Assembly: GCA_026414975.1 (NCBI GenBank)
Contig: JAOAHZ010000007.1
Location: 70,727-134,726, forward strand
DNA length: 64,000 nucleotides
From: Bacteroidia bacterium
GTDB taxonomy: Bacteria; Bacteroidota; Bacteroidia; SpSt-205
Direction of reading: 5' to 3'
Every line of letters starts with the position of its first letter. Position 1 is the stretch's first letter. Both the position numbers and the translations under genes were made by a program. Positions 55,388-64,000 of this stretch are shown here, piece after piece. The notes under the pieces are model-generated. The model searched no databases. It saw nothing but the letters and a program-made list of their open reading frames with translations, and was not told the DNA's origin.

Positions 55388-57553
55388 TCATAACTCAAAA
55401 TCGTACCTAAAAGTGATACGAATCTGACGGCCGACTTGATCAGCGAAAAAACGCATAAGATCAGGATAAGCTCTGTAAGCATGATTGAGCAGATTATCTC
55501 CAGAGCAGGCTATGTACCAGCCGCCTATACGGTATCGGATTTCGGCTCCCAGCAGTCCATAACCGGCGGGAGGCTTGATGTATTCTGCTTCTATAGCGTA
55601 GCGGGTTTGACGAAACTGGTGCTGCCAGTAAATCTCCCCTTCCCAGCGTCGGTAGGCTGCCGTTAGAGTGGGGGTCAAAACAAGAGGCGGTAAAAGCGGC
55701 ATGGGTATAGCCGATGAGGTATAAATAGTTCCCCAGAGGTAAGCCCCGCGCAACTCCCACGACAGGTGCGGTGAGAGCCGCTCCTGCCATCGTCCACTGA
55801 GACTCAGCCAAGCCGCTGGACTCTGAGCGTATCTAAGGGTCAGCGCAGCCCCCCGTAGAGAAAGGATAGGGGCGCCCACTCTCTCCCAAACAAAAGCAGG
55901 ACTGTAGTACAGACCCACCCCCCAAGCCAGACGCCTCATCTCATGAGCTATCCGCAAAGCTGCGGTAGGTTCCATGCGCAGTTCATTAGCTCCAATGTAA
56001 AAAGCCGCCTGTGCCTGATGGTACCCATAGGCGTACAGTTCCGCAGGATTAGGGGCTCGAGTCAGCAAGCTCCATCGTACCCGTAATGACCTGCCGCTCC
56101 ACCCCGTCTCAGCTGCAAGAGGCCAAAACACCCGTTCCCCTCCCTCCACAGGCATGCCTCCCCCCTGAAGAATAACCCGACTGTAGCGGTATTTTACGGG
56201 TTCTACACGGAATCCCAGTTCCCATTTAGAGAAACGGTATAGCCCGAAGACCCCACCTTGCCAACGCTCATAGGCTGGAATAAAATAGGCGTATTGCCGA
56301 TAGTTACGCTGATGCTGGAAGAAGGCTCCAGCGAACCAGCCATTTTTTTCATAGGTAAGCTGCACAAAGTGCGTAGTTAGCTGAAGATCAAGAGCGACCC
56401 CAGCACCACCTGTATAGAGGCCGATAAGGTCGCGTTCTCTGCGGCGATTGTACTGACGCCCCATGGTAACGGTCCAAAGAGCCCCATCCGAGGCAACACG
56501 ACTGACCACTACGCTGGTCAGCTCATGCTCCACTTCTTGATAAGGGGGGGTTATCTTGTACGAAAATACAGAAGGAACTAAAGGTGATGAAGCGGATAAA
56601 GCTCGCTGGAGGTCGGATAGGTTACCAGTGTGCATGCCTTGAAAGAGTCCAATGAGGGCATTGTACTGAGCATAGTATAGACGGATCTGCCAGCGCGACC
56701 AGAGCCGGTGAAGGGTGAAACTGCCATGCGCTTGCATCGTGCCGGTACCCGTGAGGTAGTAAAGCGGAGCTTGAAGCGTTCCCACCCTCAAAACAGAGCC
56801 TTGGAGGCGATAGCCCCACTTGAGGAGGTTACCTTGCAGACGTAAGCCTATGAGACCACCGCGTCCATTATCCACCCCAGTGACGAGAAACCGCCCCTGA
56901 GTTTGACGCAAGCAGCACACCAAGGGAATCGGAAGGACAATAGCCCCTCCTACACCTTCAGTTCCATGCCTTACAGGTGAAGAGCCAAGCTGAGCCTCTA
57001 TTTCCTCCGCACTAAAGGGGTCTATCTCAGGCGCATGGTCCTCTCCCCATTGCTGCGAAGCTAAGGGCTGACCACCTTGCCAATAGGCAATGCGAGAGCC
57101 TCGAAGCCCCTCCATAATAGGTTTCGCAATGTAAGGCCCACCTTGGCTCAAAGCCACCCCAGGCACTCTCAGAAGCTGCATCGCTAGACCTTGCTCTGCC
57201 CTGAATGGTCTGCTTAGAGGCTCAACATGAAATGCTCCCGATAGATGCCCCTCTATCACTACTGTGTGGAGACGCTCTCGCCCTTCTATGTAGAGAGGGG
57301 CTTCTTGAGGAACAGAAATGGACACCTCGGCCACAACATGCCCCTCAAACCATAGCCTTAGCTTATAAGGGCCAGCACACACGCCATGCATGTGAAAAAA
57401 TCCAAACGCATCAACGCTATCATAGCGTCCAGCAGGCCAAAGCTCTATTCGGCTATTCGGCCAGTCCGCATACCCAGCGACCTCATATGAGCAGGTGTCC
57501 TGAGCAAAGAGAAAGCAGAAAATCCCACCAAGCCAACACCGCATTTTTGCCAC
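55388..57553 (-). CDS. TonB-dependent outer-membrane receptor
   Basis: It has the signal peptide ...IFCFLFA|Q. The plug region is LLRVPGVALSQGGPYIAKPIMEGLRGSRI. A long beta-barrel ends ...ITFRYDFEL. Confidence 0.75.
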   Translation of the reverse strand: MAKMRCWLGGIFCFLFAQDTCSYEVAGYADWPNSRIELWPAGRYDSVDAFGFFHMHGVCAGPYKLRLWFEGHVVAEVSISVPQEAPLYIEGRERLHTVVIEGHLSGAFHVEPLSRPFRAEQGLAMQLLRVPGVALSQGGPYIAKPIMEGLRGSRIAYWQGGQPLASQQWGEDHAPEIDPFSAEEIEAQLGSSPVRHGTEGVGGAIVLPIPLVCCLRQTQGRFLVTGVDNGRGGLIGLRLQGNLLKWGYRLQGSVLRVGTLQAPLYYLTGTGTMQAHGSFTLHRLWSRWQIRLYYAQYNALIGLFQGMHTGNLSDLQRALSASSPLVPSVFSYKITPPYQEVEHELTSVVVSRVASDGALWTVTMGRQYNRRRERDLIGLYTGGAGVALDLQLTTHFVQLTYEKNGWFAGAFFQHQRNYRQYAYFIPAYERWQGGVFGLYRFSKWELGFRVEPVKYRYSRVILQGGGMPVEGGERVFWPLAAETGWSGRSLRVRWSLLTRAPNPAELYAYGYHQAQAAFYIGANELRMEPTAALRIAHEMRRLAWGVGLYYSPAFVWERVGAPILSLRGAALTLRYAQSPAAWLSLSGRWQERLSPHLSWELRGAYLWGTIYTSSAIPMPLLPPLVLTPTLTAAYRRWEGEIYWQHQFRQTRYAIEAEYIKPPAGYGLLGAEIRYRIGGWYIACSGDNLLNHAYRAYPDLMRFFADQVGRQIRITFRYDFEL

Positions 57554-57798
57554 TTAGCCGCAAAAATATCAAAAGGGCCCCGACGGCCTCTGCTCCTACG
57601 AATCATGCCGCGCAGAGAAATTCTGTGAGCATACCCTTACAAAAGTCAGAGAAAGTGATAAGCCATAAGCCTTGTTCCAGTGCATCTTAGATTTGAAGGA
57701 CTTCTCCTCCGTGCTCCATACATTGAGCCCATAAACAATACGATTTCCGGAGCGGCTGCCTATTTTCTCCATTAGAAATGCCAAACAACAATAAACCC

Positions 57799-57806
57799 TA
57801 CTTTTG
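57799..57806 (+). promoter_or_regulatory. Candidate Bacteroidota sigma-A -7 box TACTTTTG (consensus TAnnTTTG), immediately upstream of the TonB-dependent receptor ATG
   Basis: Read from the sequence. It lies only 5 nt from the ATG, so this is either a leaderless arrangement or coincidence. Confidence 0.3.
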
Positions 57807-57810
57807 CATC

Positions 57811-60804
57811 ATGCGACATGTATATTCTGCCTTCCTCCTCTCCCTTCACCTATTACTAGCGCAAGAGGAACGGGTCGTGCCCACTCAACCCCGCACAGAA
57901 CCCAAGGCTACTCGTCCCTCTGCCATAACCATAACAGGGCAAGTAACCTCAGAACAAGGCGAGCCTCTTTCGGGAGCTTACATACGCGTGCAAGGTTCTG
58001 TCCAAGGAGCCGTAGCGGGAACCGATGGGAGCTTCAAACTGATCCTACTCTCTCCCTCGGACTCCATCCGGTTAGAGGTTTCCTTTGTAGGATATGAGCC
58101 GGCTATTCAGACCCTTTCCCTCCAGCAAGCTACGCAGCCTTTGAAGATTACCCTTCGAGAAGTAGGTACTCGAGCTCAGGAAGTAGTGATATCAGCTACG
58201 CGAGTGAGTGAGACAATCATGAATTCACCGGTTACCGTCCTAAAAATGAGCGCACGCGAGGTAATCGAAGCTCCCGGCCTCAATCTCATGCAGAACATCC
58301 CCTTTGTAAAGGGAGTGGAGCAAGTCTCCACCAGCTTGACCTTTCAGGTTGTCAATAGCCGCGGGTTCAATAGCACAAATAACACCCGCTTTGTGCAGCG
58401 GATGGATGGTGTAGAAATGCAAGCACCTGCGCTGAACTTTCCAGTAGGTGTGATTACGAATGCAGCGGACTTGGACATAGAAAGCGTAGAAATCACACCT
58501 GGCCCTGCCTCAGCTCTTTATGGCCCTAACGCTTTCAACGGGATTATGAATGTCTACACAAAAGACCCCTTTCGCTTTCCAGGCTTATCTGCAGCGGTGC
58601 GGGTGGGCATCAATCATATAGATGGTGTAGATACTACTCCTCAGCCCCTGTATGAAATAGCTGCACGCTATGCTTATGTCTGGAATAATCGCCTTGGCAT
58701 CAAGTTTCATGGTAGCTGGTTTGATGCTCATGACTGGATAGCTCAGGATGCTTCAGACCGAGGGAGCTATGCAGGAGTCCAAGGAGTCTACGCAATACCC
58801 GGTCCTCAAAACCCCGGTTACGATGCTGTAAATAGATACGGAGATGAAGCTCGCATAGGTCCAGCCGATATAAGCCGCTTAGCTGCAATCGGTGCAGCCA
58901 TAGAGGGCACAAACCGCAACTTAGGAGACCTAAACTTTTACATCGCCCGAACAGGATACTGGGAACGCGATATCATCCAGTATAGTGCTCGAGTAAGCAA
59001 AGCTACCGCAGGGATTTATTATCGCCTCTCAGATAAGGCTCAATTGAGTTATACAGGATTCATATCTACGGGCTCCACAGTTTATCAAAGCGTCAATCGG
59101 TATAGCCTTCGTTCATTCATCTACGGGGCAAACAAAGTAGAGCTTAGCGGACCAGATTACAAGGTATGGGTTTATGGGATAATAGAGGACGCAGGCAAAA
59201 GTTTCGACTCACGCTTTGCTGCACTGAACCTTCTCAGCTCCATCAAGCCTCACACAAACTGGATGGCTCAATATGTCCTGTCCTATACAGGACAACTATA
59301 CAACGCCTTAGAAAATATCCGTAGCGGCCTTGCTGACTCCTTAGGCATCCCAAGAGGAGGGGACCATGCAGCTTCGCGAGCATTCGCTGATTCCGACAGA
59401 GCTAATGCAGTCATTCCGTATTTTCAACAAATCGGCATACCCCCCCAAATCACTGGACTATTCACTGGGGGAGCCCGACCTGCTCCAGGAACACCCGAAT
59501 TCAGACGCGCTTTGAACACAGTGATAGGCCAGCCCAACTTCGCTCAAGGTGGCGCTCGTTTCGTAGACAGAAGCTCTCTCTATCACGCCGAAGGACAATA
59601 TGATCTTTCTAAACTCATCCGATTCGCCAACGTCTTAGTTGGCGGAAACTTTCGCTACTTCCTCATCAATTCCCAAGGCACGATTTTCTCTGACACCACA
59701 GGACCTATCGGTCTATGGGAATATGGCGGTTTTCTTCAAGCTAATCGTACCTTTTGGAAAGAGCGAATACGGCTTCTGGGCTCACTCCGATACGATAAAA
59801 ACAGGAACTTCCGGGGTCAGTTGACTCCACGGATAGGGGTGGTAGCCGCCATAGATAAAGCCAAAAATCACAACATCCGGGCTTCCTTCCAGACTGGCTT
59901 TCGCATGCCAACTCTTCAAGCCCAATACATAGACCTCAACTTAGGCCCCTTCAAGTTTATTGGGGCTCTGCGGCCTTCGGATGAAGCCTATGGCATCATT
60001 CGTAATAACTATTCCTTAGAGTCAGTCCAAGCCTTCAAAGACTCCCTCGCTCGCCGTACTCGCGGCTCATCTAACCCCGCTGATTACGCCAACTTGCTGC
60101 GAACCTTACCTATTGAGAACATTAAACCCGAACAAAACTACACCATAGAGGTAGGAACCCGCCACCTGTTAGCTAATAGAATCTACGTTGATATTGACTA
60201 CGCCTATACTTGGTACAACAACTTCATCGGCACGATAGATTTAGTCGGACCTCGACGCTATCCGACCGGAGACGGAAGGTATATCACCCCATCGCTCACC
60301 CCAGACTCTATCGCTCAAGACCGATTCAATATTTACCGGCGCTACTATAATAGCACCACTACAGTCTTCACCCATAATGTTGCCATCGCCCTCCAATATA
60401 CCATCAACCGCAATTTTTTCCTCAATACCAACTTCAACTATGCTGACATTATTCTCTCACAAGAGGCCCAAAAGGATAGACTTATCGCAGGCTTCAACAC
60501 ACCTCGGTATCGGGCTAATGTCTATCTCACAGGACGCGAGCTCCTGAGAAACAAACGGGGTGGATTCTCCATAGGGTACCGCTGGGTGAACGCCTATCTT
60601 TTCCAGGAGCCTTTCCATGAGCGAATCATCCCTACTTATCAGCTCCTGGACATGCAGCTTAGTTACAAATTCCCTAAGCTAAGTAGCGCTCTGCGCATCG
60701 GGGGTCAAAATATTCTAAACAACCGTCACATAGAAGTACCGGGTGGACCAACAATAGGTTCAATGTTTTATGTGCAGTGGATTTATGATCCCTTCTTACC
60801 GTGA
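57811..60804 (+). CDS. TonB-dependent receptor with an N-terminal carboxypeptidase-regulatory-like domain (SusC/RagA-like architecture). No SusD partner follows it. The ORF is open from 57778.
   Basis: It has the signal peptide MRHVYSAFLLSLHLLLA|Q. The CarbopepD_reg-like segment is ITITGQVTSEQGEPLSGAYIRVQGS...GSFKL. The plug region is SPVTVLKMSAREVIEAPGLNLMQNIPFVKGVEQ. The barrel is about 800 aa. Confidence 0.8.
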   Translation: MRHVYSAFLLSLHLLLAQEERVVPTQPRTEPKATRPSAITITGQVTSEQGEPLSGAYIRVQGSVQGAVAGTDGSFKLILLSPSDSIRLEVSFVGYEPAIQTLSLQQATQPLKITLREVGTRAQEVVISATRVSETIMNSPVTVLKMSAREVIEAPGLNLMQNIPFVKGVEQVSTSLTFQVVNSRGFNSTNNTRFVQRMDGVEMQAPALNFPVGVITNAADLDIESVEITPGPASALYGPNAFNGIMNVYTKDPFRFPGLSAAVRVGINHIDGVDTTPQPLYEIAARYAYVWNNRLGIKFHGSWFDAHDWIAQDASDRGSYAGVQGVYAIPGPQNPGYDAVNRYGDEARIGPADISRLAAIGAAIEGTNRNLGDLNFYIARTGYWERDIIQYSARVSKATAGIYYRLSDKAQLSYTGFISTGSTVYQSVNRYSLRSFIYGANKVELSGPDYKVWVYGIIEDAGKSFDSRFAALNLLSSIKPHTNWMAQYVLSYTGQLYNALENIRSGLADSLGIPRGGDHAASRAFADSDRANAVIPYFQQIGIPPQITGLFTGGARPAPGTPEFRRALNTVIGQPNFAQGGARFVDRSSLYHAEGQYDLSKLIRFANVLVGGNFRYFLINSQGTIFSDTTGPIGLWEYGGFLQANRTFWKERIRLLGSLRYDKNRNFRGQLTPRIGVVAAIDKAKNHNIRASFQTGFRMPTLQAQYIDLNLGPFKFIGALRPSDEAYGIIRNNYSLESVQAFKDSLARRTRGSSNPADYANLLRTLPIENIKPEQNYTIEVGTRHLLANRIYVDIDYAYTWYNNFIGTIDLVGPRRYPTGDGRYITPSLTPDSIAQDRFNIYRRYYNSTTTVFTHNVAIALQYTINRNFFLNTNFNYADIILSQEAQKDRLIAGFNTPRYRANVYLTGRELLRNKRGGFSIGYRWVNAYLFQEPFHERIIPTYQLLDMQLSYKFPKLSSALRIGGQNILNNRHIEVPGGPTIGSMFYVQWIYDPFLP

Positions 60805-61218
60805 GATGAAGCGCCTCTCGCGAGGGAGCCCCTTCAACCCCCCAAGCGTCCCCCAACCTAATCTGCTCCCAAAGGTGGTTGGATAAGCTATCCGCCACTT
60901 TTCAAGAAAGTACTGCTAGTCTTCCTACCCATTCGGCCAGCATAAGCTAAGACACTCCTACTTCCCGTTGCCTCACAGGTTTTAGGATGGGGGGGAGACG
61001 ACTGCTTATCCTAATCGCGCAGGCCTTGCAACCTTTCCGAATGCTGATGCGTATATATCTTGTGAAAACAAAAGACAGATACCTGAACGGACACGGAGCT
61101 CGGACCTCTGCCATGTGAGCTCTTCTGAAGGATAAGACCTTTCAGACCTCTGATCTTATATTGATATCCTCTGCGCCGACTCTTTATCCGTAGGTCTTTG
61201 AAGCAAGCCCAGCCAGGA

Positions 61219-61248
61219 GTCCCCCGGATGGGGGACTTTTCCTTTTAT
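61219..61248 (+). terminator. Rho-independent terminator: GTCCCCC-GGAT-GGGGGAC followed by TTTTCCTTTT
   Basis: It is a 7 bp perfect GC-rich stem with a 4 nt loop and a U-tract, read directly from the sequence. It lies about 415 nt downstream of the TonB-dependent receptor stop. Confidence 0.65.
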
Positions 61249-61377
61249 CCCAGGTTTATCAAATATACAGCTTGAAAGGAGGATAAAGTGAGGCTTAGAT
61301 GGCGTAGGGCTGATCCTAAAAAAGAACCACCTCAATCTAAGTCAATGACTACCTCCAACAGTGTATTCATTTTAGGA

Positions 61378-61410
61378 AGCACTTGAAGTGCTGAACACTT
61401 CTCAAGTGTT
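61378..61410. promoter_or_regulatory. Two adjacent similar palindromes, AGCACTTGAAGTGCT and AACACTTCTCAAGTGTT (core CACTT-N-AAGTG), 12-45 nt upstream of the lipA ATG and abutting a TATCTTTG -7-like box (61412-61419)
   Basis: Read directly from the sequence. The tandem dyads overlap the predicted promoter, which is the geometry of an operator site. Confidence 0.4.
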
Positions 61411-61421
61411 GTATCTTTGGT

Positions 61422-62294
61422 ATGGGTATGAGCAGCGCTGTAGGGTCTCGCCCAGCGTGGCTGCGGGTCAAGCTCCCCTCAGGTGAAAACTACCGATTCG
61501 TTCGACGGGTAATAGATACGCATAAGCTACACACCGTATGCGAGAGTGCCCACTGCCCCAACATGGGAGAGTGCTGGGGAGCAGGTACAGCTACTTTTAT
61601 GATCCTGGGAAACATCTGCACACGCTCCTGCGGCTTTTGTGCGGTGATCACAGGTCGTCCGACAGAGTTAGATTGGGAAGAGCCAGAACGAGTCGCTCAA
61701 GCGGTAGAGCTGATGCAGCTCAAACACTGCGTCATAACGTCAGTCAACCGCGACGAGCTAAAGGATGGTGGAGCTGAAATATGGGCTCGTACCATTCGGG
61801 CCATCAAGACTCGCATGCCCGAAACTACTATAGAAGTTCTGCTGCCTGACTTCAAGGGCAACTGGGATGCCCTCTATCGCGTACTGGAGGAAAAACCAGA
61901 TGTGGTCTCTCACAATATGGAGACTGTCCGACGACTCTATAGACCTGTACGCCCTCAAGCTAAATATGAACGGAGCTTGGAACAGATTCGGCGTACAAAA
62001 GAGGCCGGTATGCGTACAAAGTCTGGCGCCATGCTCGGGTTGGGTGAATCGCATGAAGAGGTTTTAGAGCTCATGGCTGATCTCCTTCAGCATGGCTGCG
62101 ATGTCCTGACGCTAGGGCAATATTTACAGCCTACCCCAGCTCACCTGCCTGTGGTACGCTTCGTACCTCCGGAGGAGTTTGAAGCTTACGCTCGCATAGG
62201 ATTAGAAATGGGGTTTGATTATGTGGAGAGCGGCCCCTTGGTTAGATCGTCCTATCACTCTGAACGGCATGTGAAGCCCCGCCGAGCCTCATGA
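61422..62294 (+). CDS. lipA: Lipoyl synthase
   Basis: It has the Fe-S motifs [12 protein letters not shown] and radical-SAM CTRSCGFC. The length is 290 aa. Confidence 0.9.
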   Translation: MGMSSAVGSRPAWLRVKLPSGENYRFVRRVIDTHKLHTVCESAHCPNMGECWGAGTATFMILGNICTRSCGFCAVITGRPTELDWEEPERVAQAVELMQLKHCVITSVNRDELKDGGAEIWARTIRAIKTRMPETTIEVLLPDFKGNWDALYRVLEEKPDVVSHNMETVRRLYRPVRPQAKYERSLEQIRRTKEAGMRTKSGAMLGLGESHEEVLELMADLLQHGCDVLTLGQYLQPTPAHLPVVRFVPPEEFEAYARIGLEMGFDYVESGPLVRSSYHSERHVKPRRAS

Positions 62295-64000
62295 GCTTTT
62301 TAGCGCCTGCGTATCTCTGGGGACTAATAGCCCTGACGATACCCATCATTGTGCATTTCTTCTATTTGCGTCGCTCAAGAAAGTATGAGTTCTCCCAAGC
62401 TGCTCTCGTAGAACAACTGCGTCGGGCGAGTCGTCCTATCTTACGGCTACGCCACTGGCTTCTTCTCCTTCTGCGACTGGCCTTAGTAACGGTGGTAGTT
62501 TTTCTTTTCGCTCGTCCTAAGATAAGCCCAACCCTATCGCCTAACCCAAGCGGAGCCTCTGTGGTGATCATCTGGGATGTATCCCCTTCCATGACGCCAG
62601 CTTTTCCCCAAGCTTATGCTCTCCTTGAAGAGGCTATTCAGCGAGACCCCCCTTTGTATGAGTACAAGCTCCTAACCACTGATAGTTATCTCCCAAAAGG
62701 AGGATTCGTCAGCGCTCGTCTTTTGATGGAGCGCTTGCGTAGCGTAAGGCCCGCTTCTATGGGCTACTCTATCGCCTCTTTCTTAGAACAGTCGGAGCTT
62801 CTCTTCTCAGGAGCTCAATACCTTCATCGCAAAGTTTATATTGTCTCGGACTTTCAGCGCAGTTCAGTCGGTCCCCTTACCCGACTTCGGAAGGAATCCT
62901 TAGGGGAAATCGTACTCATTCCCATCTCAAACTCGCTAAGCTCAAATGCCTACATAGATTCACTGCACACCCAGCGAGAGGGAGGTCAATGGCGAATACA
63001 TTATAGACTTCGGGGCGAAGCAGGCAAGATTTACCCTGTCCAAGTAAATGGGCAGCAGCGCTCCCTCTTACCAGGCAACTACGAAGAGAGCTTACCTCTC
63101 ACAGCTAAGCAGATTTCTATAAACATAGCAGGAGACGGCATAGATTTTGATAACCAAGTTTCAGCCGGTTTGCAGGAATCTCCCCAAAATAAGGTTCTTT
63201 GGACTATACCCTTGAGCGAGGCTTTCCTGCGGCTGCATCGTCTATTAGGAATAGAACCGTTACGAGACCAAACAAGGGATGAATGGCAGGCTGTTTCCAT
63301 TTGGGTGGGAGAGCTGGGGCGTTTGCCTGAATCCATCGCTACTTGGACAGCCGAAGGAGGAAATCTAATCCTTTTTCCCCCGACGGATCTTTCTCCTTCA
63401 GTCTGGCAAAAAGTTTTTCTGTCAGCCGAAATACCCTTTCCTCAGGCCAACTTTCCCTCTCAACCGTTAGCTGTACAGCCGGTCAACTCATCTTTCTGGG
63501 AGGGGGTCTTTTTCAGCGGAAATCCATCTGCTACTCTGGCGGAACCACTTACTGTAAAGGTTCTGTATAGGTTTCAGCATCCCACCGGACGAGTATTGCT
63601 GCGAGACGACCAAGGAAACGACCTACTGTGGGAGATACCCGTAGGCCGAGGACGAGTTTACTTATTTGCTTTCCCCTTAGAAGGAAGCAATCTAAGCTAC
63701 CACAGCCTTTGTGTGCCGCTTTTTGCTCGTCTGTATAGGTGGGAAGAAGAAACCGAGGAATCACTTTGGAAGGTAGAAGCTGGCAAACGCCGCACTTTTA
63801 GGATTCAAAGCGCCGAGCGCCCCCGACTGCGCCATATAGCTACTGATAGAGATTACATTCCCCCAGCAGAAAAGCGAGGCCCTGTCTGGCATTTTAGCTT
63901 CGGGGACCAGCCTCTTCCCTTAGGACTCTATGAAGTACGGGATGAGAAAGAAGCCTATGGCTATGTTGGACTCAATACGGCCGTAGAGGAATCTTCGTCG
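62291..64000 (+). CDS. Membrane protein with a BatA-like N-terminal double-transmembrane domain (an aerotolerance-related family). Partial: it continues past the 3' edge of the window.
   Basis: The N-terminus [31 protein letters not shown]...[21 protein letters not shown] is the characteristic BatA-type N-terminal motif. Its ATG overlaps the lipA stop (ATGA). The frame stays open to 64000. Confidence 0.5.
   Translation, partial: MSFLAPAYLWGLIALTIPIIVHFFYLRRSRKYEFSQAALVEQLRRASRPILRLRHWLLLLLRLALVTVVVFLFARPKISPTLSPNPSGASVVIIWDVSPSMTPAFPQAYALLEEAIQRDPPLYEYKLLTTDSYLPKGGFVSARLLMERLRSVRPASMGYSIASFLEQSELLFSGAQYLHRKVYIVSDFQRSSVGPLTRLRKESLGEIVLIPISNSLSSNAYIDSLHTQREGGQWRIHYRLRGEAGKIYPVQVNGQQRSLLPGNYEESLPLTAKQISINIAGDGIDFDNQVSAGLQESPQNKVLWTIPLSEAFLRLHRLLGIEPLRDQTRDEWQAVSIWVGELGRLPESIATWTAEGGNLILFPPTDLSPSVWQKVFLSAEIPFPQANFPSQPLAVQPVNSSFWEGVFFSGNPSATLAEPLTVKVLYRFQHPTGRVLLRDDQGNDLLWEIPVGRGRVYLFAFPLEGSNLSYHSLCVPLFARLYRWEEETEESLWKVEAGKRRTFRIQSAERPRLRHIATDRDYIPPAEKRGPVWHFSFGDQPLPLGLYEVRDEKEAYGYVGLNTAVEESSS

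Noticed and set aside
60806-60949. A 47 aa ORF (MKRLSRGSPFNPQASPNLICSQRWLDKLSATFQESTASLPTHSASIS) immediately after the TonB-dependent receptor stop
   Set aside because: It is low-complexity with no hydrophobic core or recognisable motif, and its codon usage is atypical. It is more likely non-coding, though ribosome profiling could revisit this.
60805-61218. tmRNA, RNase P RNA or SRP RNA in the long spacer
   Set aside because: None of the diagnostic conserved blocks was found on either strand. These include the tmRNA 3' T-arm GGTTCGAnTCC-ACCA and tag ORF, the RNase P P4 strands AGGAAAGTCCGGGCTCC / ACAGAAnCCGGCTTA, and the SRP domain IV GGTCCGGAAGGAAGCAGCC.

Overview
This 64 kb window looks like a gene-dense chromosomal segment from a Bacteroidota-type (Bacteroidetes/Chlorobi group) bacterium. 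Evidence for that assignment: proteins with type IX secretion C-terminal sorting domains (both type A and the NAFTPNGDGINDxF gliding-motility type B); a BamD-RpoZ-CoaBC-DUF4835-like gene order; a MurF-Alr fusion; a fused 2-oxoacid dehydrogenase E1 alpha/beta; TAnnTTTG-like -7 promoter boxes; and frequent ATGA start/stop overlaps. About 93 % of the window is coding, on both strands, and most genes are housekeeping.

Recognised content, in order:
- Translation and stress: fusA (partial), rpsG, rpsL, smpB, htpG, rpoZ, secG, ridA, one tRNA-Asn(GTT).
- Glycine cleavage and Fe-S: gcvP, sufC, sufD, an IscS/NifS-type cysteine desulfurase.
- Cell envelope and glycan precursors: a GH3/beta-lactamase-like fusion, an MltD-like lytic transglycosylase with LysM, an SGNH hydrolase with two LysM domains, murF/alr, gmhA, the hldE kinase domain, kdsD, manC, bamD.
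- Cofactors: coaBC, coaX, birA, lipA, aroK, gpsA.
- Other: recQ, a lone nuoB, an SSS-family transporter, a frameshifted sulP, a TolC/HlyD pair with no pump, two TonB-dependent receptors, a Hanks-type Ser/Thr kinase followed by a CPBP protease, and a BatA-like membrane protein (partial, running off the 3' edge).

I found no transposase, integrase or phage gene, no CRISPR array, and no recognisable defence-system domain.

Loci worth a second look:
1. A tightly coupled five-gene minus-strand module, sufC-sufD-cytochrome c lipoprotein-outer-membrane beta-barrel-YceI, closed off upstream by a strong terminator.
2. A nine-gene run of genes linked by overlaps, nifS through an outer-membrane protein, that embeds the Ser/Thr kinase and CPBP protease next to murF/alr.
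3. An operon secG-E1alpha/beta-membrane HMA protein; the HMA protein carries a long acidic tail.
4. Two long ORF-free regions. One is a 350 nt leader upstream of gcvP containing a perfect 17 bp GC palindrome. The other is about 600 nt between a TonB-dependent receptor gene and lipA; it ends in a strong intrinsic terminator and carries tandem CACTT-N-AAGTG palindromes over the lipA promoter.
5. A frameshift in sulP.

Nothing here can be declared a new system from sequence alone. The cytochrome/barrel/YceI module and the ORF-free RNA candidates are the best leads.
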